Origin: the human T2T-CHM13v2.0 reference genome, Homo sapiens
Strand: one strand, 5' to 3'
Assembly: GCF_009914755.1 (NCBI RefSeq)
Contig: NC_060926.1
Length of the DNA stretch: 64,000 nt
The position numbers and the translations under genes are program-made. Position 1 is the first letter of the stretch. Each line of letters begins with the position of its first letter. Positions 55,553 to 64,000 of this stretch are shown here, piece by piece. The notes under the pieces are model-generated. The model was not told where the DNA came from. It saw only the letters and a program-made list of their open reading frames with translations, and searched no databases.

Positions 55553-56006
55553 GTCAGTTCAGGTTGAAGTTGACAAAACCCTCAACTTTTATGCATTAAA
55601 AGAATCATTCTTTATATTGATACTCCTTTAAAAAAATATATATAAGATTTGCAAGAAAACCATTTCCTGTGATTTTCACTAACATGAAGTAATTTTATTT
55701 CTAAAAAATCATACATGCTTGATGTAAAGCAAACAATGCAATGCAGATATGTGTAAAAAAGCAATAAAACTTGCCTGAAATCTCATCACCTAGAAAATAC
55801 CACCCTTAACTATTTGGAGAGCCTTCTTCTAGATGTTTCTTAGTAACATTTTCTCAAATGGGATCATTATGCCTGCTACTGTATAACCTGAGGGTTTTTT
55901 TTTTTTTTTAATTGAACAATACATTGTGGGCACCTTTTATGTAACTAAATATAGATCTGCAGCATCAGGGCTTAAAAAAAAAGCCCTGTTAAATACAGTA
56001 CTTTGT

Positions 56007-56058
56007 CCGTCTGTCTGTCTATCTATCTGTCTATCTGTCTATCTATCTGTCTATCTAT
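56007..56058. repeat. (TCTG)n(TCTA)n compound microsatellite
   Basis: Seen directly. Confidence 0.9.
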
Positions 56059-56453
56059 ATTTTTGCTACTAAAGTAGCAAAACTTAAAAATACTTATCTT
56101 GTCCACAAGCATCATTAAGTTAATTAATGCCCGTCTTTTCCAAGGCTACCCTTAATACTAGCCAGCCATCTCACTGATGTGTGCCATTGGCTACAAGGGG
56201 GTTTCAGTAAATGAATAGGGATAGAATAAATAAAAATCTATCTCCACTAGTGGGAAAATAACTCAAATGCTTTTACTCATAGTGGGTCAATGTTGTTACC
56301 TTTATTAAGCAGATTTTTTGGTATATGCAAAGCCATTTGAATATATGGATTCAGGAAGACACTTTTGTTCTTGACAAAATCCTTATAAGTAACTTAAATG
56401 TACTTGTATTTTGAAGGACATTCACTGAGAATTTCTTCCTATTTCTTGTATAC

Positions 56454-56561
56454 AAAGTATTATATATATATACTTATATAGAAAGTATTTCTTATAAGTA
56501 TTTCTTATATAGAAAGTATTTCTTATAAGTATTTCTTATATAGAAAGTATTATATATATAT
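56454..56561. repeat. AT-rich minisatellite (31-bp unit TATAGAAAGTATTTCTTATAAGTATTTCTTA) bounded by (TA)n
   Basis: Seen directly; about 150 bp upstream of exon 9. Confidence 0.85.
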
Positions 56562-56709
56562 GTGGTCTATGGTCTTATTAAAATATATTATAAAAGGTTA
56601 ACTTAAATTTATATTTTTGTTATAAACTGTGATACAAGTTACGTTTTAGATACTTTTTATTGTTTTGCTAATTGAAATACTTTTCCTTGGGGTTCATTGC
56701 CTGTGTTAG

Positions 56710-56786
56710 GTCTTAGAGGATGTAGACCAGTGCTGTCAAGCTCTCTCTCAAAGACTGGGAACACAACCGTATTTCTTCAATAAGCA
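56710..56786 (+). CDS. MTX2: Metaxin-2 coding exon 9 (77 nt; VLEDVDQCCQALSQRLGTQPYFFNK(Q))
   Basis: ctgtgttag| ... GCA|gtaaga; phase 0-2; GST-C-like LS.RLG..PYFF motif. Confidence 0.97.
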
Positions 56787-58601
56787 GTAAGAAATTTTAC
56801 TTTTTTAAAGTTAATTTTCTGTACTGTTAGGTTGCAAATTTCTTTTTTTCATAAAAGAATTGCTTTTTCAAGAAAATATTTAGCTATTTTTATAATTTTT
56901 GTACTCAAATATTTTTGTGGCACTTTACTCTCAGGCACAGTGCTAGGCTCTAGGAGACTAAGATTTCTAAAATATGGTCCTTATCATTAAGAATTTCTCT
57001 TAAAGGCAGTCATGTAAATCAATCATTGTATGATAAGGTTTTAATGAGGTAGTTCAAGGTGCTATACATGGAACTACAAAATCTTAACAAAATTCTAAAC
57101 TTGTACTATTAAACATGAAGGAAAGTAAGTTACTATTAATGTAACTATGGTTTTCTATATAGAATGATAGCTGGAGGATTAGAAGAGTCAATAAAACTAA
57201 ATATTAAAAAATATTGTTTGATGGACAAGCACTATTATGAACTTATCTTTTAAAATGTTAATGAAAATATTTGTAAAACACAGAAATTAATATAAAGGAT
57301 ATAGGTTAAATATATGTGTATATATGTAAGTTGAATAATGTTTCATTAATAGATTTGCTTTTGCAGTTTTGAAAAGACTCTAATGAAGGCAAAGAATGAA
57401 TTTTCCGTTGTTAAAAAATTACAATTTTAATATATCAGAATCAGCTGTCCTGTGATCCAGTGTAAGATGGGCTTAAAGCATTTTAATCTCAAAACTTTCC
57501 CTAGAAAGTCTGACCTTTTCTTGACATTTTAATAAAAATTATTTGATTTTTAGATTAATAATTTCTAAAAGGCTTTATTTGCTATTATGTGTTATATCGT
57601 CATAAGCATTCCTCTTCTATAACCATATCAAACATATTTGGGTAAAGATAATATTTGTAGTAAAAATGGCTATGATGATAGTTTGGAAATATTTAAGTTA
57701 TATTAATCTATAACACAAGTAATATATACATATATAATTGATATTAAAATCTGGGTTCTGTTGATCTTTGAAGCAGAAAAATCTTCAGAATTCAAACTGT
57801 GAAATTCTGGTGGGTAAAGCTTCTACAACTCTGTTCCTGTTTCTAGTGATGTTTGCTCTACAGATTCTATTTTTCAGTCCCTAACACAAGAGAAATGTAT
57901 CCAAATGTCAATATTACGTGATTTCTTTTCTTTCTAACAGAGGAATTCTTAGGAATTGAAAAGCTCAGAAGGGGTGTGTTTTATTGAAATGCATTATTCT
58001 ATTTTAGTTTTGTTATGCACACTGTCTTTAGAGGAGGCCAGGAGAATAGATCTAACTTACTTTTCTTCTCAGTTAAACTCATTGTCATTGTGTTAGTAAC
58101 CAGAGTTTGGCATGTGACTCAGTGGAAATATCAAGATATCATTTTTCTTCATAAGGGCACAATTACATTTACACTTGTGATGAAAACTTCTAACTTAGAA
58201 CAGTTCAAACACCAAAGCCTTGCTTTTGAGGAACTATTTAATTGATATTATGATGTAGAGTTTTGACATAATTTTCCTTTGCGTGATACTTAGATAAACA
58301 TTTTCCCTAAAAATAAGATTAAAGATAGAAGAGATTTGATTTTTAATTTTATTCGATCATTTAATTAATACTAAAATGCAAATAAAGTACATTTAGAAAA
58401 AAGTAACTGGTATTTCACTTCCTTGTGCCAACATTTTTCTCATTCCTTTATCTGTAGCAGGAGTCATTACTTTGTGAGATACTATGTTGAATAGAGCTGT
58501 GGCCTAAGTCAGGTATTATACTGCAAGTCAGAGGGTCTGAATTCTATTCTTGGCTCTGACATATCTCTAAGTTACTCTAATTTCTCTATGTGTATGCCAG
58601 T

Positions 58602-58659
58602 CCTAAAATTAGAATTAACCCCCTACAATTAGAATTAATCCCCTAAAATTAGAATTAAC
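58602..58659. repeat. 20-bp tandem repeat x3 (CCCTAAAATTAGAATTAAYC)
   Basis: Seen directly. Confidence 0.9.
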
Positions 58660-59036
58660 TTTCCTTCTAGCTCAACTACTGGGGATGTTGGGAGGACTCG
58701 TGAAAGAAACCAAATACCGTTACTTGATGAGAGAAAAGGAAAAGGGTAGTTAAGGGAGATCTCACAGAAAGAATAATAATTGGGAAAAGAGGCCAAAAAG
58801 CAAGGGGCTTGATTTACAAAACTTGGGTGACAGCCCTAAAGATAAGTGATTAGGATGTAAAGAAAAGATAACGTAGATTATTTCTAGTACTATAAAGAGA
58901 TGAAAAGTTAATGGGAAAGAACAATTAGGAAACACTCAGACAAAATTAATGCTTTTGAAAGCATTAATATAGATGATACTATGAAGGTATCAGAGAGAAA
59001 TAAATGTGAAATAATGAATAAGCAAAGCAAAAAATA

Positions 59037-59142
59037 TGAGTGCCAGAAAAATCTTAAATGGAAAATGTTAGGAAAATGTTGAATTTTACTGAGTGCCAGA
59101 AAAATCTTAAATGGAAAATGTTATGAAAACGTTGAATTTTAC
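59037..59142. repeat. 53-bp tandem duplication (2 mismatches)
   Basis: TGAGTGCCAGAAAAATCTTAAATGGAAAATGTTA(G/T)GAAAA(T/C)GTTGAATTTTAC x2. Confidence 0.95.
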
Positions 59143-59764
59143 TGTTTTTGTTTTGATATTCAAATGAAAAAATAGTAGATAACCAACAGGAATGTGGAAA
59201 GAATAATAATGTAAGAAGGCATCAAATTTCTTAGGACTTTAAAAATATATTTGTCACCCTGGAATATTTTTCTAATAAAAAGTCTATAAAGATAAATGCA
59301 ATAATATATGAAACATCTTAGAGCTCATAGGAGGGGAATTGCTATCTATATTTGAATTATAATCACAAACTATTTGGTAAGCAGAAGGGTAGAAAGTTGT
59401 GTTTTCTCTTCACGTGATATAGCAAGATAATTAAAATTGGAGGTATATGAAGATCTTGACTTGATTAAATAGTTCAGTAGAAATACTGGATAAAATATGT
59501 TACTTGTCTTTTTGTTAAGTCAGGTTTATTGATGTGTAATTTACATCTAGTAAAATTGGCACTTTTATGCGTGTAGTTCTATGAATTTTAACAAAGGCAT
59601 ACAGTTGTGTAACTGTCACCTATCAACTAAAATATTATTTGTACTTCTTAAAAAGACTTGTTGGAATCAGTAATTTATATATGTCAGAGTCAGTGTAAGG
59701 AGTTGCTCAAATTTGGAAAAATTACAAAAAATATGCTTTAAAGGTTAGTGTGTGTGGATATATA

Positions 59765-60118
59765 CAGTCATGCCCTGTATGGCAACCTTTCAGTCTGTGA
59801 TGGACCAAATATATGATGATGGTCCCTTGAGATTGTAATATATTTTTACTTACCTTTTCTGTGTTTAGATATGTTTAAATACACAAGTATTTGTGTACCA
59901 TAAATACACATTATCATTGTGTTACAGTTGCCTACAGTATTCTGTTTGGCAATGTGCTGTATAGGTTTGTAGCCTATTAGCAATAGGGTGTACCATATAC
60001 TCTAGGTGTATAGCACCATCTAGGTTTGTGTAAGTAGACTCTATGATGTTCACACAGTGAGAAAATTGCCAAACAGTGCATTTCTCAGAATGTATTCCTG
60101 TTAAGCAACACACAACTG
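59765..60118. mobile_element. Tigger3a/MER7-like DNA transposon
   Basis: ta|cagtcatg...ccatctaggtttgtgtaagta...gcatttctcagaatgtat...actg|ta. Confidence 0.85.
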
Positions 60119-61029
60119 TATGTGCTTTGGTTTAATCTGTTGAATTCTACTTCTGTTGATGTTCTAAAGTAACTTGCCACAAAGTTGCTGTCTTTATGTA
60201 AAATCAGATCAGTTTTTATATGCTCATGCCCATATATAATTCAGTACCTCTGGAGTTATGTGGATATATATTTGCAACAAACCACTTCAGGGGTACTTCT
60301 GGAGCACTCTCATTTGAGCATACATTGATAGTTGAACTCTTTCAGAGCCTTCATTTATTAATAAAGGGTGCCCATCTATACTACTGGAAGTTGCATCAGA
60401 GAATATATGCACCTTTTTTAGGCTCTAGTACAAGAAGTATAGGGTAGCTGGCACTAAACAAGGATTAGGAAAATAAGTTCTAAATTGGTAAGATAAGATG
60501 TACCTCTTAAGAAATATGTTTAAGGATGTGGAAGAATTGGTGTTTGTATTATTCTCACCAAGTGCCTCAGCTCAGCTCCCCATTTATCCACTCTACATCC
60601 TTGGTTTTTTGCAGGGATCTATTCATTATTGGTTCATTCCTGTGATGATAAGATTATGGTGCTGTTGAGTCTAAGGACCCTTGAGATTTTTTTTTTTAAA
60701 ACTATACTGTTGGCTACCCATTTAAACATGGCCATAGATTGCACATTTGACTTTGATTAACACTTCATGAATGTCAAAAGAGTGGAAGGCTTTCAAAGAA
60801 TGTAAGTTACTACTATTGAGAAAATTAAATATTCCACACATCTTAGGATGCTTTCTTTTTTAATTCATGTATTTATTCGGCAAGTGCTACTTCAGTTCCT
60901 TAGATACTGTGCTAAGAACTGGGAATATAAAGATATATACAGCATTGCCTTTGAAGAGCTTGGAGTGTAGTGAGGGAAACAGTTAAGTGAACACAGTTAT
61001 AATATGGTATGAGAAGTGTGTCACCTTTT

Positions 61030-62100
61030 TATTGGTTCATTCAACACAAATTTATTGCACAATTCCTGCTTTGTGCAAGGAATTGTTCTAGGTATTGGGG
61101 TTACAGCAGGAACCAAGTAGGTGAGGTCCTTTCTCTACAGGACTTTCTGGTAGAGGAGATGCACAATAAGCAAAAAAAAAATTATATGGTATTAATTATC
61201 AAATGTAGAATTAAAAAAGGACCACATGATAAGGAGTGACTACATGTCCACTTTAATTTGAGTGGTCTGAGGAGACTTTAAGATGTGCCATTTAAACCTT
61301 ATTCTAAAAAATAAGGAGCCAGTGTGAAGTCAGAGGAAGAGTATTTTAGGCAGCAGGAATAGTTATAGTCAAGGTTCCCTAATTGGCTTGAGTTTGTTAC
61401 GTTCAAATGCAAGAAACAAGGCCAGTTTGGGTTGTATGCTATGAATGGTAGGATATGAGGCTAAAGAGGCAGGCAGAGGCCAGATTATCAAGGCTCTGTG
61501 TGCTTAGTGTAAGGAGTTTGGCATTTTAGTATAAGTAGAACAGAAATCCATTAGAATATTTTGTGCTTGGAGTTGGTATGATCTGCTGACATTAGTCATT
61601 CTGACCATGGTATGGAGAATGAGTAGAAGCAGTAAGACACTTTAGGAGGCTATCTCAGTGGTCTAGGTGACAGATGATGGTAGGTTACACTGTGAAATCA
61701 TAATGAAGAATAAGTGGTGGCATTCAGGGCATATTTTGGAGGTAGTGTCTCACCAGACTTGCTAATGGATATAGGAGGGTGAAAGAAAGAACTCAAGAGT
61801 AGCCCCTAAATTTTTGGCCTGAACAGCTGGTTGGATAGTGGTGCCTTTTATTTTGGGAAGTTTGGGGGACAAGCAGGTTTGGGATACTGTAAATTACTGC
61901 TATTGAGAAAATAAAGTATCCCACACATCTTAGTCAAGATGCTCCACATCCTGCTCCACAGATACTCCACATTGAAGTGGAGATGTTATGTAGGCATTTG
62001 AATGTATGAATCCAGAGCTCAGGGGAGACATTAGGACCAGAGATAAATATTTAGGAGTCAGTGGCATCAAGATGGTATTTAAAGCCATGCATCTCTAGGA
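61030..62100 (-). mobile_element. L2 fragment
   Basis: ttcattcaacacaaatttattg...; gtggagatgttatgtaggcatttgaat; atggtatttaaagccatg. Confidence 0.75.
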
Positions 62101-62987
62101 GACTACTTATCAATAGGGTTCAAGGCCACATAGCTAGTAAGTGATAGTATTGGAGTTCAAATTTGGATTTTTACCAACCCCCAAATTTATTCTGCCAAAC
62201 CAGATTACTGCAACATATTTTCACATTTATGTAGGCTAGCACATATTTTCTCAAAAACTTTATCACTGTGGGACACAGTAATAATTAGCTCGTAATTATG
62301 ATGACATTTTCTTGTTTTAGTAATAGTGCATTAGTAATTATTTTAATATAATGTAAATTGGTGATGCCCCATTTATAGATCATTAGTAGTGGGGTAGATT
62401 TCATTTTGTTGTTAGTAATATATAATTACAGAGAAAAAAATTCCTAGAAATTTTTATGTTGAAGCCATCCTTATGATTTTGTCTCCTTCAGAAATCTAAG
62501 TTACTTTAAATGTGGTAAAATTAAAGTTGTGTCTTGTTGTTGATTTGTGATTGGGTATCATTTTTTTGGTCCTATCACCACAGCGAAATCCTTTGTGCTT
62601 TGACAGCATTTTGTTTATGCATCTATTAAAACACTTAATAAATTGTATTTATTAAAACAACTTTATAATTTATGTTTCATGTACATGTCTTAGAGTATTT
62701 TTCTTGTTTTTATGTCTAGCATTTGGTATGGTTTCTGGCACATTGGAGATCTGCTATATTTAGTGAGAAAAGTAATGAATTAAATGAATATGATCATTAC
62801 ATCTATATTATTTTAACACACCTAAATGTTGTTACTAAAGAAAGCAAGTCACACAACTAGCAAATCATATTTTTTTTCCATATAGCAGAAACTCCAAGAA
62901 AAGTTATATCAAGTTGTGGTAGGATTTGTTTCTTACGTGGCTTTTTTCTTTTAAGTTGATGAATAAAATGATTTTAAAAAACATATC

Positions 62988-63558
62988 CACGGGGGTCTTT
63001 CAAGTATCCACAGGACATTTGTTCCGGGACCCCCACAGATACTAAAATCTGCAGAGTTCAAGTCTCTTATATAAAATGGCATAATTGCTTACGTAAACTT
63101 AATGTATTGAGAAAGAAAGAAAAAATGGTGCAGTGTTTGCATGTAATCTATGTACATCCGTATATTTTAAATCATCTTTGGATTACTTATAGTACCCAAT
63201 ACACACAATCTAAATGATATGCAGTAGTGTGATCTCAGCTCACTGCAACCTCCACCTCCCGGGCTTAAGCCATTCTACCACCTCAGCCTCCCGTGTAGCT
63301 AGGACTATAGCCAAGCACCACCATGCCTGGCTAATTTTTGTATTTTTTGTAGAGATGAGGTTTTGCCACATTGTTCAGGCTGGTTGTGAATTCCTGAGTT
63401 CAAACAGTCCGCCCACCTCAGCCTCCCAAAGTGCTGGGATTACAGGCATGAGCCACCATGCTTGGCCTATATTGTTATTTCTAATCTTTTAAAATATTTT
63501 GGATCTGAGGTTAGTTGAACCTACGAGTATGGGACCTGTGGGTGAAGAGGGCCAACTG
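62988..63558. mobile_element. MER2 (Tigger) interrupted by a 3'-truncated antisense Alu (about 63220-63467)
   Basis: gttccgggacccccacagatactaaaatc...ttatataaaatggcata; right end ...gagggccaactg. The Alu lacks its T tract. Confidence 0.8.
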
Positions 63559-63618
63559 TGTTTTCTATTGTAAAAGTTAAATGCTACTTACTCACATTAC
63601 TCTCATTTCTACTTTTAG

Positions 63619-63790
63619 GCCTACTGAACTTGACGCACTGGTATTTGGCCATCTATACACCATTCTTACCACACAATTGACAAATGATGAACTTTCTGAG
63701 AAGGTGAAAAACTATAGCAACCTCCTTGCTTTCTGTAGGAGAATTGAACAGCACTATTTTGAAGATCGTGGTAAAGGCAGGCTGTCATAG
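63619..63790 (+). CDS. MTX2: Metaxin-2 last coding exon 10 (172 nt including stop; (Q)[20 protein letters not shown]...[10 protein letters not shown])
   Basis: tttctacttttag|; frame matches ORF 63581..63790. Exons 2-10 total 752 nt, which with a 40-nt exon 1 CDS gives 792 nt = 263 aa plus stop. Confidence 0.97.
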
Positions 63791-64000
63791 AGTTATGTGT
63801 TAGTCTCAGGAGTCTTAACTTTTGAAATATGTTTTACTTGAATGTTACATTAGATATTGGTGTCAGAATTTTAAAACCAAATTACTGCTTTTTGAAACCT
63901 CAAATTATATAATGTATCTTATGTATGTGCTTTATATTGTTATTTGTGTATACATTAAAATAATTCTGAATTATTTAATCTGATATGTTGTATTCTGTAT
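63791..64000 (+). other. MTX2: MTX2 3'UTR (AU-rich, probably continues past the window)
   Basis: Directly follows the TAG; U-rich with several TGTA motifs. Confidence 0.9.
63954..63959 (+). terminator. Candidate proximal polyadenylation signal ATTAAA
   Basis: ATTAAA hexamer preceded by TGTA (CFIm-type) motifs and followed by GU/U-rich sequence (tgttgtattctgt). Confidence 0.45.

Noticed and set aside
58602-59142. Short direct repeats that superficially resemble a CRISPR array
   Set aside because: Primate intron, tandem units with no unique spacers, and no cas genes.

Overview
Human/great-ape genomic DNA (AT-rich, Alu/L1/L2/MIR/MLT/Tigger repeats) covering most of MTX2 (metaxin-2, mitochondrial outer-membrane SAM/TOB partner) on the + strand. 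The window starts inside intron 1 (exon 1 is upstream) and contains coding exons 2-10, all with GT-AG boundaries and consistent phases, 752 nt of CDS ending ...[13 protein letters not shown] at 63790, plus the start of the 3'UTR. Intron 3 carries a near full-length antisense L1PA (about 6.1 kb, with TSD) that keeps an open ORF0 and an open 487-aa ORF2 N-terminus. I found no evidence of a new multi-gene system. The most interesting signals are: a patchwork of local duplications upstream of exon 2, including a MADE1 MITE that contains an inverted copy of nearby intron sequence; a candidate poison exon in intron 3; a PBX-HOX/MEIS motif cluster in intron 1 (MTX2 neighbours the HOXD cluster); and a 5' splice site regenerated at the exon 4/5 junction. 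Repeat subfamily names and repeat boundaries are by-eye recognitions and approximate.
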